Positions 39,935 to 49,103 of a stretch of 64,000 nucleotides of DNA are shown piece after piece. The notes beneath the pieces are model-generated. The model was not told the DNA's origin, searched no databases, and saw nothing but the letters and a program-made list of their open reading frames with translations. Location of the stretch: positions 3,390-67,389 of the forward strand of contig DAIEHA010000001.1 in assembly GCA_027355945.1 (NCBI GenBank), given 5' to 3'. A program made the translations under genes and the position numbers. This stretch comes from Candidatus Parcubacteria bacterium. Lineage in GTDB: Bacteria; Patescibacteriota; Minisyncoccia; UBA6257; 2-01-FULL-56-20. Every line of letters begins with the position of its first letter. Positions within the stretch are counted from its first letter, which is position 1.

Positions 39935-41392
39935 TCAGAGCGATCCGAGGTCGAGCGTATGGTCGACCCTGATCTGCCGCACGAACTCCTCCATGTGGCT
40001 CACGAGGACCATTGCGCCTTCGTAGCGATCGAGCGCTGCGGCGATGATCGGAAGATGGCGGAAGTTGATATGATTCGTCGGCTCGTCGAGGATGAGGAGG
40101 CCGGGCGCCTCAAGCGAGAGTTTCGCGAACGCAACGAGGCCTTTCTGCCCTTCGGAAAGCGTACCGATCGTTGCGCGCAGCACTTCGGCATCGAGGAGGA
40201 ATCCTGCGGCATGGGAGCGGAGTTTCTCCTCATCGCCTTCGCGCATGGCGTCGGCAAGGGTATGCCAGACGGTGTCATTGAAATCGAGCGTTGAGAAATC
40301 CTGGCGGTAATACCCGATCTTCGTGCCGGGTTCTATCGTCACGCCTTTGGTGTTTCCCGAAGCGAGAGCCTCGAGGAAGGTCGTTTTACCGATGCCATTG
40401 GGGCCTTCGAGACGGAGCCGTTCGCCCCTTTTGAGCGCGAGAGGATGGGGGAGCTTCTTCTGGGCCGCCTTATGGCGCGTCACGACGGAGACGGACCCTA
40501 TCTCGATGATCTTTCCGGAGAGGCCTTGCTGGCAGGGGATGGCGAAATTGCGGATCGTACGATCCTCGCGGCGCTCCTCGGGAATGTCCTCTTCGAGCTC
40601 GTCGATCCTCTCCCACATCTTGCGTGCGACATCGCGCATATGGCCGCCCTTCTGTGCAAAGAAGTTCGCTTGATCTTTGCGATGCTGGATGTCCTTCTCG
40701 ATGCGCACCTTCTTCATGCGTTCGCGTTCGAGCCGTGCGGAGATCTCCTTTACGACGTCGAAATAGTTCCCGACGTATTGCTCGATCTTCTTCGTGAACA
40801 CATCGAGGTAGAGCACTCCCTGCGTGAACGCGTTGAGGAAATCCGCATCGTGGGAAATGACGATGCATGTTTTTTGAGAATCCTTGAGGAACTGGGTGAG
40901 GTGCGCGATGCCTTCTTTGTCGAGGTTGTTGGTCGGCTCGTCGAGAAGCAGGAGATCGGGGTCCTGGATGAGCGCTTGGGCAAGGAGAAGGCGCGCCTGC
41001 TGGCCTCCCGAGAATGAGCGGAGGATGCGATCGAGGGGCGCCGAGAGGTTCACCACGTCAAGGACCTTCTTGATGCGCGGCTCGATGTCATATATCTTCT
41101 TCCCCGCGAACGCGCGCTCGAAGAACTCGAGCACCGTGCGGTCGAGGAGATCCCGGGGAATGACCTGCTTCGCGATGGCCATCGTCATGCCGTTCCCGAG
41201 CGTGATATCGCCTTCCTCGGGATGGATCTCCTGCATGATGAGGCGGAAGATGGTCGTCTTTCCTGCGCCGTTCTGCCCCATGAGCGTCACTTTCATTCCG
41301 CGTCGCAGCGAAAACACGGCCTCCTCGAGGATCTTCCTCTTCCCGTATTCAAAAGTGACTTCGTTGAATCTGAGGATGATTTCGTTCGCCAT
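39935..41392 (-). CDS. ABC-F family ATP-binding protein
   Basis: Two ABC domains (GQNGAGKT/FSGGQ/LLDEPTN; GPNGIGKT/LSEGQ/ILDEPTNH), no TM. Confidence 0.92.
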   Translation of the reverse strand: MANEIILRFNEVTFEYGKRKILEEAVFSLRRGMKVTLMGQNGAGKTTIFRLIMQEIHPEEGDITLGNGMTMAIAKQVIPRDLLDRTVLEFFERAFAGKKIYDIEPRIKKVLDVVNLSAPLDRILRSFSGGQQARLLLAQALIQDPDLLLLDEPTNNLDKEGIAHLTQFLKDSQKTCIVISHDADFLNAFTQGVLYLDVFTKKIEQYVGNYFDVVKEISARLERERMKKVRIEKDIQHRKDQANFFAQKGGHMRDVARKMWERIDELEEDIPEERREDRTIRNFAIPCQQGLSGKIIEIGSVSVVTRHKAAQKKLPHPLALKRGERLRLEGPNGIGKTTFLEALASGNTKGVTIEPGTKIGYYRQDFSTLDFNDTVWHTLADAMREGDEEKLRSHAAGFLLDAEVLRATIGTLSEGQKGLVAFAKLSLEAPGLLILDEPTNHINFRHLPIIAAALDRYEGAMVLVSHMEEFVRQIRVDHTLDLGSL

Positions 41393-41476
41393 GGGATCGC
41401 TTAAAAAAGAATACGCGCGTCGGGCGCGTTCCTTGTGCGTATGATACCAGAATAACGGCGATTGGTAAACAGGGGC

Positions 41477-42481
41477 CTAGCGTTTCGAGGCGCGGACGGT
41501 CCCGCCGTCCTTCCGGGGTCCGTTCTCGATGACGTTCAGGATGCGCTTCATGGCATCCATGCTTGCGTCATCGAGGATCGAGATGGCGATCGCGCTGCGG
41601 TCGATCCGCCTCAATGCGGCAAGCTTCTTTTTGAGCGCCGCGGGCTCGACCGCATCGGCCTTCGTGAGGAAGAGGCGTTCGGGCTTTTTGAGAAGCGTGC
41701 GGTTATAAGCGCCGAGCTCCTTGCGGATCGTCTTATAATCGCCCGCGGGCGATTCCGATTCCGCGGAGATGAAGTGGAAGAGGATGCGGGTGCGCTCGAT
41801 GTGCCTCAGGAACTTTATGCCGAGGCCCTTCCCCGAGGACGACCCTTCGATAAGGCCGGGAATGTCCGCGAGGATGAGCCCGTAATACACTCCGAGGTGC
41901 GGCTCGAGCGTCGTGAAGGAATAGTTCGCAACCTTGCTCCCGGCATTCGTGAGTTCGTTGAGGAGGCTCGATTTTCCGACGTTCGGCAGTCCGACGAATC
42001 CTATGTCGGCGATGAATTTGAGTTCGAGGCGGAATTCGAAGGATTCCCCGGGAAGGCCTGGTTGGAATTGCGTGGGCGAGGTGTTGCGGGAGGAGCGGAA
42101 GAGGAAATTCCCTTTTCCTCCATTGCCTCCTTTTGCGAGGAGCACGCGGGCGTCCGCTCCCGTGCGATCGATCTCGATATCGTTGCCGGTCGAAAGGTTA
42201 TGGGCCACCGTGCCGACGGGAACTTTGAGAATGAGGTCCTTGCCGTCCCGTCCGTCGCGGAACTGGCCTCGCCCTTCCATGCCATCCTCTGCGGGAAACT
42301 CCTTTTTATAGCGGAACTGTCCGAGCGCGGAAAGATCGGAAACCCCTTCGGCGTAGACGCTGCCACCCTTTCCGCCGCTCCCTCCCGCAGGGCCGAGCGA
42401 CATCAGATTCTTATTGAATGAGACCGCGCCTTTGCCGCCCTTGCCGGCAGATATGCGGATGGTTACGTCGTCGATGAGCAT
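41477..42481 (-). CDS. obgE: GTPase ObgE
   Basis: MLIDDV.I...AGKGGKG Gly-rich Obg domain, GLPNVGKSS, FTTLEP.LG, DIPGLIEG, TKAD. Confidence 0.96.
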   Translation of the reverse strand: MLIDDVTIRISAGKGGKGAVSFNKNLMSLGPAGGSGGKGGSVYAEGVSDLSALGQFRYKKEFPAEDGMEGRGQFRDGRDGKDLILKVPVGTVAHNLSTGNDIEIDRTGADARVLLAKGGNGGKGNFLFRSSRNTSPTQFQPGLPGESFEFRLELKFIADIGFVGLPNVGKSSLLNELTNAGSKVANYSFTTLEPHLGVYYGLILADIPGLIEGSSSGKGLGIKFLRHIERTRILFHFISAESESPAGDYKTIRKELGAYNRTLLKKPERLFLTKADAVEPAALKKKLAALRRIDRSAIAISILDDASMDAMKRILNVIENGPRKDGGTVRASKR

Positions 42482-42518
42482 AGGATGGGAGAGTGTCGGA
42501 AGAGTGGGAAAGTGATCC

Positions 42519-43226
42519 TTACATTTCCGCTTCGGGTTTGCCGGATTCGATGAGTGCGATGGTCTTTTCCGCAACCTGTTCCGGCGTGTCGATCTCCATT
42601 TCCGCCGCATGCGGGCGGGTGTTGAAATCGATTTTCTCGCCGAGGGCGTTCTTCCCGAAGTTCGTGGCGGTCATTTTCGGATGGATGAGCGACACGATGA
42701 TATTGTCGTGCTCGAGTTCTGCGCGCGCGGTGAGCGAGAGGGCGTTCAGCGCGTATTTCGTCGAAGCGTAGGCGCCGAGCATGGGGAAATAATTTTTCGA
42801 TACGCGGGAACTCACATTGATGATCGTGCCACCTCCCTGTGCGCGCATCTTCGGAATGACGAGCTGCATCGCGAAAAGGGGGCCGAACACGTTGAGGTTC
42901 ATGACGTGGCGGTACTGGTCGATGTCCACCGTTTCAATGGGGCCATAAAGCCCCTGCCCTGCGTTGTTCACGAGGATATCGATGCGGCCGTGGATCTCGA
43001 GCGTACGGTCGATGAGGTTCTGGATCTGGTTCTCGTCGGCCATATCGGTGCGCACGGCGACCGATCCGTTGCCGAGCGCATGGGCGAGTGCGGAAAGCTT
43101 CTCTTCGTTCCGCGCCGCAAGCACGACCTTCGCGCCCTTTGCAGCAAGCTGTTCCGCGATGGCTTTGCCGATACCTTCGGAGGCTCCGGTGACGATCGCC
43201 ACTTTATCTTTGATATTCATAGACAT
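42519..43226 (-). CDS. SDR family oxidoreductase
   Basis: TGASEGIG, NNAG, YASTK. Confidence 0.93.
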   Translation of the reverse strand: MSMNIKDKVAIVTGASEGIGKAIAEQLAAKGAKVVLAARNEEKLSALAHALGNGSVAVRTDMADENQIQNLIDRTLEIHGRIDILVNNAGQGLYGPIETVDIDQYRHVMNLNVFGPLFAMQLVIPKMRAQGGGTIINVSSRVSKNYFPMLGAYASTKYALNALSLTARAELEHDNIIVSLIHPKMTATNFGKNALGEKIDFNTRPHAAEMEIDTPEQVAEKTIALIESGKPEAEM

Positions 43227-43238
43227 AGGTACAGTATA

Positions 43239-44309
43239 CTACACCGTTGCGGGATCAGAAATTTCCTCGTCGGAGGGATGTTCGGCATCGGTTCCTTCGA
43301 GCATGGCGAAGAGCTTCTCCTGGATGATCTGGGCCTCCGCCGTCCTGCGAAGCGATTGCTCCTCGCGTTCGGGGTGGCGGAGCTTCAGCCGCGCAATGCC
43401 GATCTGGACCTCCCGTTCCGAGGGATCGAGAGCCTCTTTATCCTTGATGGTGCGGATGACGAGGCTCGTTTTGATATCCTCTTCGATGAGCTCGCGCTCC
43501 TCCTTCTCGAGGTCCTCGGCGGTCTTTTTCATCTGTTTCAGATATTCCTCGAGCGAAAGGCCCGCGTCCGCGATCCTCCGATCGCGTTCCTCGATGAAGC
43601 CCTCGAATTCCTGCCTCACAAGCATCTCGGGGACCTTCACTTTCGCTTTCGCAACGATCGCCTTGATCATCGCGTCGCGCGTGCGGTCTTTCGCGATCAT
43701 CTCCTTTTCCCGGGAAAGGTTCTTTGCGATCTCGGCGCGGAATGCGGCCACGTTCTCGAAGGGTCCGAGCTTCTTCACATCGTCATCCGTGAGCGGGGGA
43801 AGTACGTCTCCCTCCTTTGCGGGCGCACCGATGCCGGTCATCTCGCGGATCCTTCCCACAGCCTCGTCGATCTCCTCCTCTTTCACCGAGGCATCTTCCT
43901 TTCGGGAAGCGACCTCTGTCGCGATCTTCTTGTAATCGGGAAGGGAGACCTCCGGTGCGAGCGCATAGCGGATCTTGAATTCGAGGGGCGCCTTCGGAGC
44001 GATCGCGACCACGGTGAGCTCGGGCCGTCCGAGGACGTCGAGCTTCTCATCGTCTGCGATGGCCTGCATGGCATCGCGGAGCGCTTCGTCCGCTGCACCT
44101 TCGAGCAGCCGCACCTCGCCCACGTGTTCGCGCACGAGATGCTGCGGAACTTTGCCTTTGCGGAATCCCGGGAGCGCAAGCTCCTCCGCATAGTGCAAAA
44201 GCTCCTCGATCATGTATTCCTCGAGCGCGTCGGGGGTGATATCGGCTTTGAATTCTACCTCGCCATGCTTTTCCGAGAGTTTTTTAAGATTGGAATATAG
44301 TGTCGCCAT
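43239..44309 (-). CDS. tig: Trigger factor lacking the PPIase domain
   Basis: PGFRKGKVP ribosome-binding motif; N domain joined by a short linker to the C domain; 356 aa. Confidence 0.9.
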   Translation of the reverse strand: MATLYSNLKKLSEKHGEVEFKADITPDALEEYMIEELLHYAEELALPGFRKGKVPQHLVREHVGEVRLLEGAADEALRDAMQAIADDEKLDVLGRPELTVVAIAPKAPLEFKIRYALAPEVSLPDYKKIATEVASRKEDASVKEEEIDEAVGRIREMTGIGAPAKEGDVLPPLTDDDVKKLGPFENVAAFRAEIAKNLSREKEMIAKDRTRDAMIKAIVAKAKVKVPEMLVRQEFEGFIEERDRRIADAGLSLEEYLKQMKKTAEDLEKEERELIEEDIKTSLVIRTIKDKEALDPSEREVQIGIARLKLRHPEREEQSLRRTAEAQIIQEKLFAMLEGTDAEHPSDEEISDPATV

Positions 44310-44363
44310 GGGTGTTGATTATACCTCGGCGCGCGGAAATAAAAAAGCGCCCGCCGCGAAGGG

Positions 44364-44930
44364 TCACGGCGAGGGCGCAAACGATCTATGGGGGTGCAAA
44401 CTGTCGAGAAGTATCAGGGAATAAGGGATCACGGAGGTTTCGACGTCGCCGATGAGCGTCTTCCTTTCCGGGCCGTAAAGGACTTTCACGTGCAGCCGTT
44501 CCCCCGAAAGCACGCGAGGGAGCCAGAAGGGATCGCCCGCCATAAGGTCCTCGTGCGGCGGGGCCTCCCTGAACCAGGTCGGTTCGGCGACCTCGCATGG
44601 TGCGGGGACCGGGATGCCGGCCCATTTCCATGCGAAATAGATCCATACCCTGCCTTGGACGAACAGGTGTTCGGTTTCCTGCGTCGTGGAATCAATGACC
44701 GCCACGAGGGTGAGGCTCAGCGGGGAGGCGACGAGGCCGAGCTCTTCTTTGAGCTCCCGGGATGCGATCCTGCGCGGGGTTTCCTTCGGATCCCCGATCC
44801 CTCCGGGGCCGTTCCACTTTCCGACGCCGATCTTTCTGAGCTTTTTTATGAAAAGCCATTCCGGACGTCCGTCATCGCATTTCCTTACGGGAAAGACGAC
44901 GGCCATATCAGGCAACCATTCCTCTCTCAT
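44364..44930 (-). CDS. NUDIX hydrolase (8-oxo-dGTPase-like)
   Basis: G.GKWNGPGG...ET....RELKEELG Nudix box, P.WF, M..D.FWLP; GGAGGA SD. Confidence 0.82.
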   Translation of the reverse strand: MREEWLPDMAVVFPVRKCDDGRPEWLFIKKLRKIGVGKWNGPGGIGDPKETPRRIASRELKEELGLVASPLSLTLVAVIDSTTQETEHLFVQGRVWIYFAWKWAGIPVPAPCEVAEPTWFREAPPHEDLMAGDPFWLPRVLSGERLHVKVLYGPERKTLIGDVETSVIPYSLILLDSLHPHRSFAPSP

Positions 44931-45025
44931 CGTTCCTCCTTCCTTTTTCCGGGTCCGCCGCAATGCGGCATTCCGCTCCCTTCACTATTTCCCAATGGGG
45001 GAGAAAATGCAAACGGGCAGGACCG

Positions 45026-45598
45026 CTATCGGACCTCCTGCGCGCCTTCGCCGAGAAGCATGAGTGCGATGATGAGCGCGAACGCCGTGAGCGACATCGT
45101 GGGGATCGTCACATAGCCGAAGCGGACGAAATACACGAATGAGCAGCTGGGGCCGGTGGCGGAACAGGGGATGAGCGAATTGCCGCCGAATTGCAGATAG
45201 ACGTTATAGGCGGCGATGGGGAATCCGATGGCGGAAATGACGAGGCCCGCTTTCCTCATGAAATTGTCGAACGCGCGACGGCGTTCCGACTTTCTCGCGA
45301 TGAGACCGACCGCGAGTATCACGGCGAGGGTGTAAAGAAGTCCGCGCTGGATCCAGCACAGTTCGCAAGGGGCGAACCCCGCGACCTCCGAGAAGAACAG
45401 GCTCCCGATGACGGAAGCGGCGCCGATGGCGAAGGAGAACGGGATCGCGAACCGTCCGAGCCATGATGCAGCCTTTTTGCCCCAGCCACGGTCCTGGAGG
45501 GGGGTGAGAAGGAGGACGAAGAGGAAGAGTATGAATACGTCTGCGGCGATCGTGAGCACCGAAGAGAAATCGATTGCGAACGGTACGAGCGATGTCAT
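45026..45598 (-). CDS. Disulfide bond formation protein B (DsbB/BdbC-like)
   Basis: GSLFFSE...PCELCWIQR, second Cys pair C-x5-C, FGYVTIP.MSL.AF. Confidence 0.9.
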   Translation of the reverse strand: MTSLVPFAIDFSSVLTIAADVFILFLFVLLLTPLQDRGWGKKAASWLGRFAIPFSFAIGAASVIGSLFFSEVAGFAPCELCWIQRGLLYTLAVILAVGLIARKSERRRAFDNFMRKAGLVISAIGFPIAAYNVYLQFGGNSLIPCSATGPSCSFVYFVRFGYVTIPTMSLTAFALIIALMLLGEGAQEVR

Positions 45599-45610
45599 GG
45601 AACGATTATA

Positions 45611-46069
45611 TCATGTCGAGGTCGGCATGGGACAGCTGGTCTTTGCGGCGAGCGTGGAGGGGTTCTGTACGCCGACGAGGCGCGAGCCGTCCGAAAACAC
45701 CCACGTGGGATAGTGCGTGACGCCGGCGCTCTTGCAGGAGGCGTTCTCGCTCCTGTCGGGGAGCGCGCATTCGTGGTAGGGGAGATAGGGTGCGCCCGTG
45801 CCGAATTTCGTCTTTTGCTGGGCGCAGTCGGGGCACCAGAATGCGCCATAGAACGTGGCTCCGGAACGTGCGATGCATCGTGCAAGGGCATCGTAGAGAT
45901 GGGGCGGCGGAGGAAGTTCGGCTGCATAGATGACGGCGCCGAGGAATGCGGAAATGACGAAAAGGATGCCGATGATGATATAGTTCCTGCGGATATCCCG
46001 GCGTATCTTTGCGATTTCTTCGGAGGTCTTCGGGAGAGAGGTCTCTTCGGGGGTATGTTCCGTGGCCAT
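45611..46069 (-). CDS. Membrane-anchored thioredoxin-like protein
   Basis: TM helix, then FYGAFWCPDCAQQK..FG, Y.EC, C...GV..YPTW. Confidence 0.87.
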   Translation of the reverse strand: MATEHTPEETSLPKTSEEIAKIRRDIRRNYIIIGILFVISAFLGAVIYAAELPPPPHLYDALARCIARSGATFYGAFWCPDCAQQKTKFGTGAPYLPYHECALPDRSENASCKSAGVTHYPTWVFSDGSRLVGVQNPSTLAAKTSCPMPTST

Positions 46070-46260
46070 GTGATTAGTCTACTTGCTTGAGATATACTTC
46101 ACAATATGGAGAGGATCGGGAGGCTTTCCCGGGGGCGGGCATTCCGGGACGAAACAATAGTGAGGGTGGCGTCGTATTACCAACATAAGGATACCCTCGA
46201 AAGAACACGGTCGGTATGATTGTAGTAGACGTGTAGCGGTGCAGGGTATCGTATACCTCT

Positions 46261-46827
46261 ATGGACACACGCGATGAGCGCCGGGATGAGGAAGTGGCGG
46301 CAGACGTGCAAAAAGGGAACGCAGACTCCTTCAGGGTTCTTGTCGATCGCTATGAGCAGAAAATGGTGCGGTATGCGCGCCGCTTCCTCTTTGCGGGCGA
46401 TGAGGCGAAGGACCTCGTGCAAGAGGTGTTCATCAAGGCATACGTGAATATCCGGAGCTTCGACGCCGATCGTCGATTTTCGCCCTGGCTTTACCGCATC
46501 GCGCATAACGAATTCGTGAACGCACTCAAGAAGAAAAAGAAGGAGAGGATGAATATTTCCATATTCGATCTTGATGTCCTCTTTCCTTCGCTTACGCTCA
46601 CTGCACGGGAGACCGCTGACAGCGGTTTCACCAGGCATGAAATGAAGAAGATGCTCGAGGGATCACTCGAGAAGATCCCTGAAAAATACCGCGAACCGCT
46701 CGTGCTGTATTATTTTGACGATATGGATTACAAAGAAATCGCCGATGTGCTCCGTGTTCCGGTGTCGACCGTCGGCGTACGGCTTCAACGAGGGAAAACC
46801 ATGCTGCGAAAGCTCATACCGCAATGA
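46261..46827 (+). CDS. ECF RNA polymerase sigma factor (sigma-70 family)
   Basis: DLVQEVFIKAY, FSPWLYRIAHN (region 2); Y.EIADVL.VP.STV..RL.RG (region 4). Confidence 0.93.
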   Translation: MDTRDERRDEEVAADVQKGNADSFRVLVDRYEQKMVRYARRFLFAGDEAKDLVQEVFIKAYVNIRSFDADRRFSPWLYRIAHNEFVNALKKKKKERMNISIFDLDVLFPSLTLTARETADSGFTRHEMKKMLEGSLEKIPEKYREPLVLYYFDDMDYKEIADVLRVPVSTVGVRLQRGKTMLRKLIPQ

Positions 46828-47609
46828 ACGGATCACACGAACCACACGAACCAAAGGAACTCATGCAATCCGCACAATCCGCACATCAGGAGCCGCGTGC
46901 CGAGGGCGTAAGCGGCGATCCGGGCAACAGGGTCCTCGAAGCGATAAAAGAGCGCGAACTTCGCATGCGGCCGCGGCAGTATTTCGTGCTGCGGGCGATC
47001 CTCGTGGCCCTTGGGGCATCCCTCCTCTTCCTGCTGCTTCTGTATGTGGCGAGTTTCGTCATCTATGCGCTCCACATGGATGGATTATGGTTTGCGCCGG
47101 AATACGGCATTTCCGGATGGCTACTGTTCTTCTCCGGGCTTCCCTGGGGATTGCTCCTTCTTTCCCTTGCGATCCTGCTCCTTCTCGCGGTGATCCTGAG
47201 GAATTATGAATTCGTCTATCATCAGCCGCTCTTCTATCCTTTGTTCGCGTTCGTGGTGCTCATCGCGATCGGAGGATTTTTCCTGGGGACGACCGCGCTC
47301 CATCCCGATCTTTCCCGTTTTGCGGCAAGGAACGCGCCGGTGCTCGAGAATTTCTATGAATACGAGACCGCGTTCCCCTCGAGCGTCCATCGGGGCGTGA
47401 TCGTGTCCTTGGGCAATGGGACGTTCATCATCGCGGATGGTTTCGGCGTAACATCGAGCATCGTGGGAGGACCCGTACAGGGATTCCAAGTGGGCGATGT
47501 GGTGCTCGTGTTCGGCATGCGCCGGGACGACGGCGTGATCAAGGCGTTTGGCGTGCAGCAGATGGGCATGGCGACCTCAACGATCGTGCCTACGGGGACG
47601 ATGCAGTGA
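46824..47609 (+). CDS. Membrane protein coupled to the ECF sigma (putative anti-sigma)
   Basis: ATGA overlap; three TM helices and a C-terminal OB-like beta region. Confidence 0.7.
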   Translation: MNGSHEPHEPKELMQSAQSAHQEPRAEGVSGDPGNRVLEAIKERELRMRPRQYFVLRAILVALGASLLFLLLLYVASFVIYALHMDGLWFAPEYGISGWLLFFSGLPWGLLLLSLAILLLLAVILRNYEFVYHQPLFYPLFAFVVLIAIGGFFLGTTALHPDLSRFAARNAPVLENFYEYETAFPSSVHRGVIVSLGNGTFIIADGFGVTSSIVGGPVQGFQVGDVVLVFGMRRDDGVIKAFGVQQMGMATSTIVPTGTMQ

Positions 47610-47720
47610 AAGAAACATTGCGCCGGTATGTAGTAATGGATGTCCGGCGCCATGGAGCCGGACCCCATAAGGGGGAAAGGTCGCAAATCAAAAATGAGAA
47701 AGAACAATATGGTTTATTTT

Positions 47721-47906
47721 AGGGGGAGCGGCGGATACCGCGCGCGTTTCCGGGAGACAGGGGAGACCCGGAACGCATAGAGACGGACGCGCGGTCGCGT
47801 GATGCTCATCGGGCTGCCCCGGTCCATCGGACGCAGGGAATAAGGGGAATTCCTTGCAGAGAGAAAGACCAAATACGGGCAGGAGCACGCGAACGCCGTT
47901 CCTCCT
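47721..47906 (+). ncRNA. Candidate structured RNA (three-way junction), family unknown
   Basis: P1 47721-33/47894-906; P2 47737-44/47788-95 plus an apical stem; P3 47795-801/47886-92 plus nested stems. G:U pairs favour the + strand; TATGGT -10-like box lies 7 nt upstream. Confidence 0.6.
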
Positions 47907-48081
47907 CCGCACTATATAACAACCGACATAATCATCTCATACTCATAGTAAACCCTCCCTCGTCTTCGACCCGAGCGGAGGGTTTGCTATATGCAGGAGA
48001 ATGGCGGGGCCATTGACCCATGTTCCGATCGCCGTTACATTAAAATGCAGCCGCATCGTCGTTTGAAGGAGGAAGATTCCA

Positions 48082-48354
48082 ATGGCCGCAGCCGTAGTGC
48101 GCACCGCGGGGATTTCCGGATGTGCATGGCTCAAGGAGATCGCAGACGAAGAATTGTACTGCCTTCTCACGGGGACCTTTTCAAAGGAAAAGGCCGCCGT
48201 ACTCGTCCATGCCGTAAGCGGGTTTCCCGGATGCGTTTCATGCGCGGAACGCATCGCATTCGCCATGAGGATGGGAGAACGGTATTTCACCCTGGAGGAA
48301 CGGATGGGATTTCGTGTTGCCGCGCTCGGAAAGATAGCGGGGTATGGGATATGA
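48082..48354 (+). CDS. Small hypothetical protein with CxxC
   Basis: 90 aa; AAGGAGG SD upstream; terminator immediately downstream. Confidence 0.55.
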   Translation: MAAAVVRTAGISGCAWLKEIADEELYCLLTGTFSKEKAAVLVHAVSGFPGCVSCAERIAFAMRMGERYFTLEERMGFRVAALGKIAGYGI

Positions 48355-48363
48355 GACTATCGT

Positions 48364-48396
48364 GCACGCAGCCGGTCCCGGCAGCGTGCTTTTTTT
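48364..48396 (+). terminator. Intrinsic terminator
   Basis: GCACGC-AGCCGG-tc-CCGGCA-GCGTGC-TTTTTTT. Confidence 0.65.
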
Positions 48397-48415
48397 ATCG
48401 TCTTCATCCCGGACG

Positions 48416-49021
48416 CTATGAGCGCCGTTCAAGGGATGCGCCGAGGGTCTCATCATCGGAGAACTCTATCTCCCCGCCGGTGGGAAGACCTCGTCCGAGC
48501 CGGCTTATGCGCTTTGCGAGAGGGGTGAGCTCTTTCATGAGAAGCGATGCCTGGAAATCCCCGAGCGATGTGGGATTGAATGCGAGGATTATCTCGTCCG
48601 CCTGTCCTCCGAGGTCCTCCTTCACGGATCTCGCGAGTGCCGCAAGACGCGTTCTCTGCCATGGCTCGAGGAATCCCGTCTTGGGGACCTGGCCGATGAT
48701 GAAATAGCGGCCGGTATATTTTTTCGTGTTCTCGAGCGACAGAAGGTCCGTTTCCTTTTCGACGGCCATGATGGTCTTTGCGTTCCGCGCCGGATTGGCG
48801 CAGATATCGCAGAGATCGCCCTCGTTCTGATGGATGAAATAGCAGCGCGTGCAGACCTTCATCTTCGCGAGCCCTTCGATGGCTCCGCCGAGGTTGCGCA
48901 GACGATCCGGACCTTCGTTGATGAGATGGAACGCCAGACGTATCGCCTGGCGTGGTCCGATCGAGGGGAGTTCGGAAAGTTCGTCGACCACTTTCTGTAT
49001 GGGATCGGGAAGCCTCATCAT
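48416..49021 (-). CDS. recR: Recombination mediator RecR
   Basis: LPSIGPRQA.RLA, CTRC..CDIC, TOPRIM, SRLGRGLP.GGEIE..D..TL. Confidence 0.95.
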   Translation of the reverse strand: MMRLPDPIQKVVDELSELPSIGPRQAIRLAFHLINEGPDRLRNLGGAIEGLAKMKVCTRCYFIHQNEGDLCDICANPARNAKTIMAVEKETDLLSLENTKKYTGRYFIIGQVPKTGFLEPWQRTRLAALARSVKEDLGGQADEIILAFNPTSLGDFQASLLMKELTPLAKRISRLGRGLPTGGEIEFSDDETLGASLERRS

Positions 49022-49103
49022 ACACACAAGGATAGCCGATGGCACTTAAAGGGTAAAGGACGGTCCGTATGGGGATGTCCTTTCCGGGGGTCGAGCCGGA
49101 ACG

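Noticed and set aside
47721-47906. Identification as tmRNA, SRP RNA, RNase P RNA or 6S
   Set aside because: No T-arm/CCA end, no SRP helix-8 motif, no GAGGAAAGUCC, and it is branched rather than rod-like. Left unnamed pending cmscan.
47688-47912. 74-aa minus-strand ORF over the structured region
   Set aside because: GTG start overlapping a TATAGT hexamer, no protein features, and the nested base pairing with + strand G:U pairs is better explained as RNA. Antisense transcription is not excluded.
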